In this document: positions 54,230 to 63,512 of the stretch, in pieces
Layout of the letters: the number at the start of each line of letters is the position of its first letter
Numbering within the stretch: the stretch's first letter is position 1
Source of the DNA: an uncultured Methanomicrobiaceae archaeon
GTDB lineage: Archaea; Halobacteriota; Methanomicrobia; Methanomicrobiales; Methanoculleaceae
Assembly (NCBI GenBank): GCA_963826525.1
Contig: CAWGXH010000004.1
Location: 1,793,427 to 1,857,426, forward strand
Direction: 5' to 3'
DNA: 64,000 bases
Notes under the pieces: generated by a model
The model's database searches: none
Told to the model about the DNA's origin: nothing
What the model saw: only the letters and a program-made list of their open reading frames with translations
Made by a program: the position numbers and the translations under genes

Positions 54230-54456
54230 TCCAGATCCAGTTCCCGGACAACCTCTTCGAACGGGCGGCACCGGCCGGCTCGAATGTCTGCGATGCCTTC
54301 CTCGATCTTCTGCAACGTCTCCTCGCTCAAAGGCTCCTGATCGTATGCCGCGTCCAGAAGGCGGTTGAGCGCCTCGTCGTAACTCTCGCGGGGGTGTACC
54401 TTCACGGCATCCAGGCGGGCTTTCGTCTCCGGCTGAAGCTGGATCGTCGTAACCAT
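54226..54456 (-). CDS. Cognate antitoxin (RHH-type, RelB-like)
   Basis: TTIQL..ETKARL...HPRESYDE.LNRL...GR..PFEEV; 4-bp overlap with relE. Confidence 0.8.
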   Translation of the reverse strand: MVTTIQLQPETKARLDAVKVHPRESYDEALNRLLDAAYDQEPLSEETLQKIEEGIADIRAGRCRPFEEVVRELDLE

Positions 54457-54503
54457 GGATCCCTATGGGGTGCTATGGGATATGAAGGTAGCTCCCGGGT
54501 CGT

Positions 54504-54834
54504 TCACACGCGGGCTGGTACCGATGCCCCTGGTAGGAAGTGCGGACGAATGCAATAGGACTGATCCCCTTCGGCAAAGGATGCGTGCCTCTGTTGGTGA
54601 TTTACGAAGACCTGAGCACATTCGATCTGGTAAAAGGCGGTGAACAAGTAGCTGCTATGGCGCCGGTAGGTTTCATATCGGCCGGCAACATGGAGACGCT
54701 CTTTGTCGGAATGTTTGCCGGGATATGGATCTTCGGCCACGGTTTTGCGTTTTTCCCGAATGACGCGGCGGTTTTTCTCATCAAGCTGCTGGAGAGGTGA
54801 GAGCGTCTTCTTCGATGAGGATCGTGCAGGTCAC
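54504..54834 (-). pseudogene. Degenerate RelE-like toxin
   Basis: GTG at 54834 overlapping the antitoxin stop: MTCTILIEEDAL/frameshift/QLDEKNRRVI...EDPYPG..DKE.L...YR.H....TAFYQI, then loses similarity. Confidence 0.55.
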
Positions 54835-55016
54835 GGATCGAAGACCGCGAATGTTCCCCGACTTCGGATGCGGTCCATGTCCCGGGCGAACCGGTGTTTC
54901 TTCCGGGTCTCCACCAGCCCGGCGAGCAGATCGTCGAACGATCGATCGGGGCGTTTCAGTGCGACGAGTTCATCGTAGGTCTCCTGCGACACCGGGATGA
55001 ATCTGGTCGCCGCCAT
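54831..55016 (-). CDS. Antitoxin-like small DNA-binding protein (DUF217/VapB-like)
   Basis: IPVSQETYDELVALKRPDRSFDDLL. Confidence 0.65.
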   Translation of the reverse strand: MAATRFIPVSQETYDELVALKRPDRSFDDLLAGLVETRKKHRFARDMDRIRSRGTFAVFDP

Positions 55017-55208
55017 AGTGGAGGTGTAGGTGCTGAGGATACCTATATCCGGTGATGGAGACGTTCCGGTGCAGAGGATAGTTGCCGACCTGCCGGCCTG
55101 TGATCCGGCAGACGATGACAGCAGTTCAGCAGACTTTCAGCATCTGCTGACGCTATCAAACTGCTGCCAGCGGGCCGGATTCGAGCGGTTTTGTGCAACA
55201 CAGCACCG

Positions 55209-55500
55209 AGCAACCCTTAAATGCCCATAATCCGGGCAGAATCCACCAAAAAACGACTCTCACAGAAGCCCTCGGACGGCCGTTCTCAAGGTGAGGCATG
55301 GTATCGCCTTCTCAAAATTACTCTTGATCATATGGTCGGTATACCTCGATGGTTCTGCTGCATTTCGGGAATCCGGCTGCGATGCTCCTGATAATGTCGC
55401 CGCTGAAATTCACCCTCAGAAACTAGCCCCAAAACCGAAAAATGCCCTCAATTTACCCTTCCCTCCAGGACAGCAGAGAGGGGGGTGTTCCCCCTCACCC
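55209..55500. repeat. Dispersed ~290-bp non-coding element, copy C
   Basis: AGCAACCCTTAAAT (55209), CTCACAGAAGCCCTCGGACGG (55259), AAAATTACT (55314), TTTCGGG (55363), GAGGGGG..CCCCCTC hairpin overlapping the gene stop at 55495. Confidence 0.85.
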
Positions 55501-55999
55501 GAGCGCCGGCACGCCGTCCGCCCAGGTCTCGACCGTGGTGCGGATGGCATCGTCCTGGTAGCTCGTGATCCGGACCGCGTCCCGGCTGAACGTGACGTAG
55601 TAGATCTCGCCGGACGGGTCGTGGCACTTGAGCTGGCACGAGTAGGAATCGTGCTCGGCGTCGCGGACGGCCTCGCCGCCCATTGCGGTCGCGAGGGTCG
55701 CGTCGCCCATGATCTCGGTAGCGACGCTGCCAAAGGCTGCGACGCTCGGCGCCCGTGCGGAGACGGCACCGACGCGCTTGCCGTCGTCGTCCTCGTAGTT
55801 CACCTTCGCGGTGTAGGACTCGCGGTTCCGGGTCACGCCGTCATAGGTGACGCCGCTCTCGATGTAGTCCACGCACCCGAAGGGGTTGTCCGCCAGCACG
55901 CTTGCGACGATAGCGTCGAAGGTGCTGATCGTCGGCGATCGGCAGGGAAAGTTCCCGGACCGCCGTCCTGGTGTTGCTCTTCTCGACAAAGTCTGCCAT
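55495..55999 (-). CDS. Uncharacterised ~167-aa protein (MADFVEK...WADGVPALG), apparent frameshift near 55930
   Basis: MADFVEKSNTRTAVRELSLPIA (ORF 55841-56044) joins TISTFDAIV...ETWADGVPALG* (ORF 55495-56040); GGAG RBS upstream; strong GC3. Confidence 0.8.
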
Positions 56000-56046
56000 A
56001 GGTTTTGCTCCTGCCTGTCGAGTCCCGGGATGACAGACAATCATAA

Positions 56047-56067
56047 AATATTACTTCAAGTAATATT
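56047..56067. promoter_or_regulatory. Perfect inverted repeat AATATTACT-N3-AGTAATATT in a divergent promoter region
   Basis: Read directly; lies between the starts at 55999 (-) and 56114 (+). Confidence 0.6.
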
Positions 56068-56113
56068 AATCTGCCTTGACCGCCTATTCTCTCTCCAATG
56101 GAGGAGTGCGAAG

Positions 56114-56359
56114 ATGCCGGAGGAGAAGACTACCCGGGAGCTCGTCTACGAGGTCAGCCGGGATGTGAAGTGGATCTGCAGGACGCTTGCGGAGATGAAG
56201 GAGCAGGCCGGTGACCACGAGAATCGTTTGCGAAACCTCGAGGGCTGGCGGCAGACGAAGATCGGCGAGGAGCAGCGGAACCAGCGGATCAGCGCCGGGG
56301 CGGGAGGGCTCGTGGGCGGGGTCGTGGCGGTGCTGGTGCGGGTGCTCGGCGGGTGGTAG
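56114..56359 (+). CDS. Small coiled-coil + C-terminal TM protein (XhlA/holin-like architecture)
   Basis: GGAGG RBS; DHENRLRNLE coiled coil then GAGGLVGGVVAVLV TM. Confidence 0.6.
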   Translation: MPEEKTTRELVYEVSRDVKWICRTLAEMKEQAGDHENRLRNLEGWRQTKIGEEQRNQRISAGAGGLVGGVVAVLVRVLGGW

Positions 56360-56480
56360 GAGATTTCCGGCGGTATCCGCCGCCTCGTGTCGGCACACAA
56401 CGTCGCGTGAGAACCTTTTTTCCCGGATAGCATCAATACTTCATTATTCCGGCGGCTGACGGAGGAGCAGAAGATCGGCA

Positions 56481-56870
56481 ATGGAAGAGTTCACGGTAGA
56501 GGAGGTGATCGGCTACCAGATCGAGATCATCCTGGCAAGCGATCTTGAGGAGGATCGGGGGCTCGAAGGGCAGCTGCTCAACCTGGGGAACCTCGACTTT
56601 ACCGTGACATTCAGCAGCAACTTCCCTGACCCGTTCGAGAGAGCCGCGTTCGTGCTGCACGGGCTTACGACGGGGCATGCCTTCGTCCAGGGGAACAAAC
56701 GGGTCGCGTTTCTGCTCGCCGCTCTCATCCTGCTCCGAACACCGGAGCGGTATGTCATCACAAGCTCCGACGAGGAGAACGACCGTTTCGTGCGGGACGT
56801 TGCCGAAGGCAGGAAGACACGCGAAGATGCCAGAGTCTGGCTCTGCTCGGTTGCGAAAAAAAGTCGGTGA
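56481..56870 (+). CDS. Fic/Doc family protein
   Basis: HAFVQGNKRVA matches the Doc-type HxFx(D/N)GNKR motif. Confidence 0.85.
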   Translation: MEEFTVEEVIGYQIEIILASDLEEDRGLEGQLLNLGNLDFTVTFSSNFPDPFERAAFVLHGLTTGHAFVQGNKRVAFLLAALILLRTPERYVITSSDEENDRFVRDVAEGRKTREDARVWLCSVAKKSR

Positions 56871-57150
56871 ATTATTCTGCCAGGAGCTCGAGGGTCTTTT
56901 TGTGCCGCTGCATGAGCATCCTGAAATCATCGCCCTTCGAGGGCTGCGGTATCTCTTCCCGTGCCTCCGGGACGGGACACTGGATCAGAGGCGCGATGGT
57001 GAAGGTACCAATAAGGCCAAACGTCCCCGAACTCTGCATTGAAGAGACTGAATTGCCTGAGGAGTGATAGCGGTACGGGCCAACGGGTTTTAAGAGCCCC
57101 TTCTCATTATCTGAACCTGTTATCCGTGAATACATCCCTCGCTACCTCCT

Positions 57151-58256
57151 CTATACGGCTGAATCGTTTTCCAACCTAGGAGTCATTGGTGCTACGTTGA
57201 TATTAATGTTCAGGTCAGGCATGCGGACGGCGCTGATCAACTCTCATCGACCGGTACTCGCTTCGCAGACGGGTACTTTCGACAGTTGCCTGGAGGAGTT
57301 CGTAGTTAACGGATGGGAGCGTTAAAAGTTGGATCTGCTGGAAGTGTTGCTGGAATATTTGGGGTAAAAATTGTGGAGGAGTATTTGCCGGTAGTTGCAG
57401 TTGTTGAACCGACCCTATGGCTTGAGAAAGACAAGGATCCCTCATAACTATGTCAAACGGGTTAAATGTCTCCTTACATTTCATTTCCGCCTCTACATCT
57501 TCCCATACTCTCCACATCAGCTTTTCAAGGCTCGGAGGTGCATCGATGACATTTAGACCAATTTGTTTTGCTTCTTTTCTCCCTACCGGATAACCGTGAT
57601 GGTAGAAGGATTTGTTGAGTGCTTCAGATATTGCCTTCACTTTGTTGTGGTCAGCCATATGGAGACCGAGCAGTTTCGCACCGAGCGAGAGAGCGAGATT
57701 CGAGCTTCGCTTGGCGGCTCCGATGGGGATTGCCCCAACTTCTTTTGCGACCAGTTCGAAAGCGCGCTCTTTCTGCTCCTGATCCGAGATGCCTACATCT
57801 GTACCTGACAAAATCCAGAAAGTGTGCCAGGTCTTCTGCGGCAAAGTCGAGTTTTTCCTGTTTTCCTTCTATATTTTTAACAATCTGCAATTGAGGATCG
57901 ACCGGCCCGAGGTTGGAAAACGGGTGCATGACTATTTCGTTAGCACCGAGGGCGAGAAGCGTCGCTGCGCTGTACGCTTCATAGGGTATCAGAACGCCGA
58001 CTTCATCAAATCGTTCACGCAGCAGGCTAATAATTCGCCACGAAACAATCGGATCGCCTCCCCTGCTGACGATAAGGAGGTCGATTTTTCTCTCATCCTC
58101 CGGGATCTCGAGGATCTGCCGGCAGAATTCCGGTATTACATCAGAAGCAATAACTCCTTCGGCATTTGGCCTCGAGCTGGTAACGTATGTGATGAGTGGC
58201 CGCCCGCGCTCCTCCTCGATCTGCCTATATAACTCGACCCTCTCGGCGTAGGTCAT
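57151..58256 (-). CDS. ClpP-class serine protease (SDH_sah-like), apparent frameshifts near 57800 and 57240
   Basis: IDLLIVSRGGD, A.SAATLLALGANEI.M, LGPVDPQ, Y.HGYPV.R.EA..IGL; low GC. Confidence 0.75.
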
Positions 58257-58434
58257 ACGAGAACCTTGGATTAATCGATATATTAAGATGATGGATTCAT
58301 GCGAAGGTCTGCCACAGGGTTTTGGCGGCTCAATGCCGTCGCTGCCCGATACCGTCCCCTGGCAGCCCCGCCCTCGTTCACTTTCACCATACGCACGGCT
58401 CCCTCCTAAATAGCCGGCGCCCGACGATCCCTGT

Positions 58435-59561
58435 ATGGTAAAGCAGTTCCTTCTCTCCGACCAGACACTCTTTCGGGACGTCGATGTCTTCGAGATCGGC
58501 TACGTTCCCGAACTCTTCAACTACCGCGAGACCCAGCTTGCCGACCTCGCCCACCACATCTACCCGGCGCTCCGGGGAGGGCGGGCGCTGAACGCCATCT
58601 GCAGGGGGCTGCCCGGCACCGGGAAGACGACGAGCGTTCTGCGGATCTTCGCCGAACTCGAGGAGACCACGAAGAAGGTGCTGCCGGTCTACGTGAACTG
58701 CCAGACCGACCGGACGAAGTACATGGTCTTTTCGCGGATCTACGAAAGCTCTTCGGCCACGCCCCGCCGCGGAGCGGGATCTCGATTCTGTCGGTGATGG
58801 ACGCGATCGGCGATGCCCTGCAGAAGCAGGAGAGCAGCCTGGTCGTCTGCCTGGACGATGCGAACCTGCTGCATTACGCGGGCACGCTCGGCGACGTCTT
58901 GAACTCCCTGCTCCGACTGCACCAGGACTACCCGGGCACGAAGGTCGGCGTCTTTGTAACCATCAGCGACGTGGAGATCAATCTCGTCCGGGAGCTCGAG
59001 GCCTGGGTGGTCTCGGTCTTCCAGCCGGCGACGATCTGCTTCCCGCCCTACGATGCCGACGAGATCCGGGAGATTCTCCGCGAACGGGTGCGGGTCGGGC
59101 TCTACCCGAACGTCGTCTCGCCGGAGATGCTCGATTGCATCGCCCGCACGACGATGGAGTCCGGCGATCTGCGGGTGGGGCTCGACCTCGTCAAACGGGC
59201 GGTCACGAACGCGGAGGAGGCCGGCCGCACCGGGGTCACCCGGGAGGATGTCATGGCCGCCTACGAGCGGGCGAAGCACGTTCACCTCGCCTTTACCGCC
59301 CGGGCGCTCTCGGCGGGTGAACTGCTGCTGCTCCGGAGGATCGCGGACCTCTCGCGGGAGCAGACCGGGCCGCTGACCTCCGGTGCGGTCTACGCCGATC
59401 TGGAGAGCACCGCAAAGATCAGTTATGCGGCGTTCTTCAAGCGGCTGCAGAAACTCGGCGCCCTGCGGCTGGTCGACCTGATCCGGGTGCCGCCCAGCGG
59501 GCGGACGAGCGAGATCGTGCTCAGATACGAAGCGGAGAAGGTGCGGGAGGTATGTGGGTGA
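58435..59561 (+). CDS. cdc6: Cdc6/Orc1 family AAA+ protein (apparent frameshift near 58750)
   Basis: F...YVPE...RE, GLPGTGKT, VYVNC, LDD, FPPY...EI..IL.ER, GDLR, C-terminal wHTH ending GRT.EI. Confidence 0.88.
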
Positions 59562-59612
59562 GGGGTTTCGAACCCTTTTGATGGTGATGAGATGATCACC
59601 CGGATATTTCGG

Positions 59613-59910
59613 TCAGTACCATGGAGAAGAACTTCGAATTTCATCCAAGTTACGAAGCAAATCGATCCGTGTCCCACCTTTTTCTCGTGCGTTCATCAAT
59701 CCGAGTGCTGCCGTGAGCCAGTAAAACCCGGAGAGGAACATCATATACGCGTTTTCCTGCAGCGACGCGTACACCACCCATAGCAGATTCCCTACGACCC
59801 AAGCCGCAAACCCTGCCCGCCGGACACCCTGCGACCGTGACGCCACCAGCACCGCCCCGGCCATCCCGAGCACCACCGCCGGCCCCTGCAAAGGATCGAC
59901 GGGAGATCAC
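59613..59910 (-). CDS. Small three-TM membrane protein
   Basis: GMAGAVLVA...RAGFAAWVVGNLLWVVY...FYWLTAALGL; overlaps the rep gene stop. Confidence 0.55.
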
Positions 59911-62906
59911 CGCACCCCCTCTCCCCTATTCCACTCCCGCACGAGCCGTGCGTAGCACCCCTGACAGATACTCGCCCGTGCCTCCCGGGAGCGGTAGACC
60001 GCTTTCCCCGTATCGCAGACCGTGCACCGCCCGAGCTCGACAGACGCCCGCTCGAACGTCCGGTGGTCGAGCAGTCCGGGCAGCGGTTTGACCGTCCCCG
60101 GCTTCTTCTTCGCCGCTTTCAGGCAGGCATAGCAGAGGTCCTGCTCTCCCCCCCGCAGCACCGACGACGTCGGCCGGCTGCCGCAGACGTGGCAGGGCTC
60201 GTCCTTCGCCGCCGGCAGCGGGATGTAGTCGGCGTGGGTGATCGTGCGACAGCGGATGTACAGCCGTTTGCAGACGTTGCACCGCGGTGTTGCCACTGAG
60301 CGGCGCGACATCCTGCCGGAACGGCACTGATCGGCAGCCACTCCGCCGTTTTCGCTCCGATCATGTGCACCATTCTCGGGAGTTCACAGGCACAGTCGGT
60401 GTAAGAAGCAGGAGTACGCCTGCACCGGACACTGTCCCCCGATTCTGGTGTACATACGAGTACTATGAGAGACATCTCTTTTAGTACTAGAGAAGTAGTA
60501 TCAGCAGATTCCCCCCGTCTTTCGCCGTTTTTATAGTGGCAGCACGTGGTGTACATTCGGTGCAAAACGTGCTGCGATGGTGTACATGTCATCGTCGTCG
60601 TCATCCGTCGCGGGTCCTCCTCGAGCCAGACCGCTGCCCCGTGCGCGCCCATGCTCCGGTACACCTCGACGATCGAACGTAGTAGTAGTGCTCCCGCCGC
60701 CGGATGGTGCATCCGCAGCCGTCCTCGGTCACCGTCGTATCGACGCAGCTGATCGCCGGGCACTTCTCGAGCAAACCCGAATATACCGTCCCCCGGCTGA
60801 CGTAGCCCTGCAGGACCCGGCGGGCGTTCTGGTAGGAGATGCCCATCGCCTGCTGGAGATTCCTGACGGTAAACGTATCCACCCCCATCGCCGCGACTGT
60901 CTTGAGGGCGGCCGCCTCGTTCCGGGTGAGCTTCGTCTCCTGCCCGCCGGCTTCGCCGTTGATGGCGGCGTAGATCCGGGATGCCGCGGCGAAGTCATCT
61001 CGCGTCGCCCGGATGCCGATGGATCCCTCCCCGGCATCGAACTGCTCCCGCTGCATGAACCGCAGAGCCGCGTGGCACTTGATCAGGTCGAAGAGGATGC
61101 CGGGGTTTCTGCGGTTCGCGGAGCTCGCGAACTGGACCCGGCGGGCGAACGGGATCGAGACCCGGACGAGCTGCTGCCTGACGATCTCCCAGAGGCCCGG
61201 CAGACGAGGATATCCTCATCGGTTCCCACGCTACTGCCTTCGTCCGTCTCCTGCTGCTTGAGGTGCTCGAGCACCGCCCGGTCCTGCTCGAGGGAGTCGT
61301 CGATCCAGACGGTGAGCATCCGGTTCGCCACCTGGTCGTCGCCGAGGTTCTCGACCTTCGCGAGCCACCAGACGCACCGTTCCGGGATGGAGCAGATTTT
61401 GAGGTGCCGGTCGGTGGTGAGGGTCTGGTGCTCGATCCGCTCCCGGAAGTTCGCGGTCGCCGCTTTCAGGATCTCCTGCAGGTCGTCGGAGAGCATGACG
61501 TCGTCGAAGAGGAAGACCGTGCCGGGCTGCAGTCGGTCGTTGTAGTAGAGCGCCTTGTCGCTGACCGTGCCGGCGAGGCGGTACTGCTCCGGCACCTGGT
61601 TGAGCATCGTCGAACAGGCATGGCTCTTGCCCTTGCCGGAGTTGCCGGAGATGGAGACGTGCAGGCCTCTGGTGTTTGCACCGCCTGGGATGCGATCGAG
61701 AGGGCCAGGCACTCCGCGACGGTCCGGTCGCCGACGTGCTCTTTACCGAAGGTATCGAGCATGAAGGTGAGCGGGTCGCCGTTCCGGAGGAGTTCGAGCG
61801 CCTGGTTCCGGTATGCATCATCGCTATGAGCAGGAGAAACCGGTTCCTGCCTTAGCGGGGGAGGAGGGGCATCCTCCTGAGTGCGGTTCCGGGCGCCTCC
61901 CCGCCTGTCCCGCTTCCCCCGCTGCTCGAACCGTGCCCGGAGCTCCGGCCAGCGCTGCGTCCCGCCGCCGCAGACTCTGGTGGTGGCAGCCGGCGAAGAT
62001 CCCGCCGCTCGCGAACTGGATGGCAAACGCCCCGTCCCTGTGTGCGGAGGAGAACGGGCAGTCCTCGAGGACGTAGAGCGTCCCGCCCCGGTAGGGTTTC
62101 GCCGACCGGACGGCGATCCTGTGATCGAGGAGCCAGGCGGCGAGGTCGATGCCGGCGCCCTTCTTCGGCGCCGGCGGCTCGTCCTCCGGGAGCAGGCCGG
62201 CGAGGTGCGTGAGCCTTTCGGCCGGAACAAGACCGATCTCGTCGGGAACCGCGAGCAGTTTCGACCTGCGGTGCGGCCGCTCCGGCGTGTTGTCGCCCTT
62301 CCGCGAGACCGTGCCGTAGAGTTTCCAGATCCGGGCGGCGTTGTGGTTCGCGGTATCGACGGTGACCTGCTCGTTCGAGAAGAGGGCGTCGAGGGTCGCG
62401 AGGCAGCCCTTCACGAGCCCGGTCGCTGCCTCGTCGTTCGGCAGGTCGATCCGGTAGAGGAGGTGGGCGCCGTTCCCCGAGTCGGCCTTGACCGGCGCCG
62501 GGAACCCCTGCTCCGCGAGCCAGGCGGCGATCCGGTCGGCCGTGCGCGAGCGCGAGGTCGTGCTCCGTCGTCCGTGGACGAGACCCCGCTCGGCCGGACC
62601 GGGTCGATATCGACCGGCAGCCACCGCCGTCTCAGGATATCGGCATCGGCCGTCGTCGCGTCTTTCTTGCGAAAGCCGCATCTTGATCCGGTTCGCCCGC
62701 CGGGCGAGGAGCGCCGGGTTGACGGGGTTCAGGGTGACGTAGATCCCGCCGACCTCCGGATCGGCGTCGAGCACCTCCGCCCGTGCGGCGAGCTCGGTGC
62801 GGTCGTCGAAGTAGCCGGAGTGGACGGCACTCTCGGCGAGCGCCCGCACCTCCACCACGCCCTCCGGGGCGATCACCTCCACCGCACGGTGAATAGCGTC
62901 GCTCAT
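59907..62906 (-). CDS. Large replication protein: AEP primase-polymerase + Zn finger + P-loop NTPase + C-terminal Zn fingers (multiple apparent frameshifts)
   Basis: Consecutive minus-strand ORFs: YVTLNPV, WLPVDIDP, DSGNGAHLLY, ARIWKLYGT (AEP motifs); CPF...H...GCHH; SGNSGKGKS and FLFDD (Walker A/B); CHVC/CYAC/CTVC/CQGC at the C-terminus. Confidence 0.72.
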
Positions 62907-63241
62907 GCCGTCATCCCCGGGATGAGGGGGAAGAGGGGAGCGCTCGCCGCCTCCCCCGGGCGACCCGCTGGAGACTGACGAGCGGGATGATGTACGACCC
63001 GGCACGGGTGTGGAGCACCACCGCCTTGCCGGTGCAGTTCACCGTCGCGTGCCCCTCGATCGTCGTTCTGCCCATCGGCGCCCCGCCGTCCCGGATGACG
63101 CGGTCCTGCACGACCGGCACCACCCTGCCCGGAGAAGAGCAGGTGCTTGACGTCCTCGGCATCGATCCGGTAGTGCTCGGTATCGACCGAGACGTGGAGC
63201 GTGCCGCCGCTGCCGTAGGCGAGCGTCCCCGGCTCAGGCAT
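62903..63241 (-). CDS. Hypothetical protein of the mobile element (apparent frameshift near 63130)
   Basis: MPEPGTLAYGSGG... continues as VVPVVQDRV...GKAVVLHT...APLFPL; overlaps its neighbours by 4-8 bp. Confidence 0.55.
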   Translation of the reverse strand: MPEPGTLAYGSGGTLHVSVDTEHYRIDAEDVKHLLFSGQGGAGRAGPRHPGRRGADGQNDDRGARDGELHRQGGGAPHPCRVVHHPARQSPAGRPGEAASAPLFPLIPGMTA

Positions 63242-63512
63242 CGCCGTTCGCCTCCTGCCGGGTTACGGTGGTGATCGCGTAGCAGTGCCCGGCCGTCCCG
63301 ACGACGTGGATCTCGCGGAGTGCCCGCTTGTGCCGGGCGACCTCGGCCGCGACCACCTGGGCGATCAGGTAGAGCGGGACCTTCCGCGGCGGGCGGACTG
63401 CCGCAGCGTTTATTTCCTCCGGTGCAGAAAGACATCTGGCAGTCCCGTGTGAATCGCTGTTGGCGCACGCTTCATCCTGTGGGCTGCCGTCTATCCTCTC
63501 TCTGCTCTGCAT
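63234..63512 (-). CDS. Hypothetical protein of the mobile element
   Basis: MQSRERIDG...VPLYLIAQVVAAEVARH; GGAGG upstream; operonic overlap. Confidence 0.5.
   Translation of the reverse strand: MQSRERIDGSPQDEACANSDSHGTARCLSAPEEINAAAVRPPRKVPLYLIAQVVAAEVARHKRALREIHVVGTAGHCYAITTVTRQEANGDA

Noticed and set aside
52300-55200. Integron cassette array explaining the co-oriented small genes
   Set aside because: No recurring attC-like RYYYAAC...GTTRRRY sites between genes and no integron integrase in the window.
58257-58434. Chromosomal origin (ORB elements) next to cdc6
   Set aside because: No repeated ORB/G-string motifs or extended DNA-unwinding element recognised. The GGGTTTCGAACCC near-palindrome at ~59563 is single.
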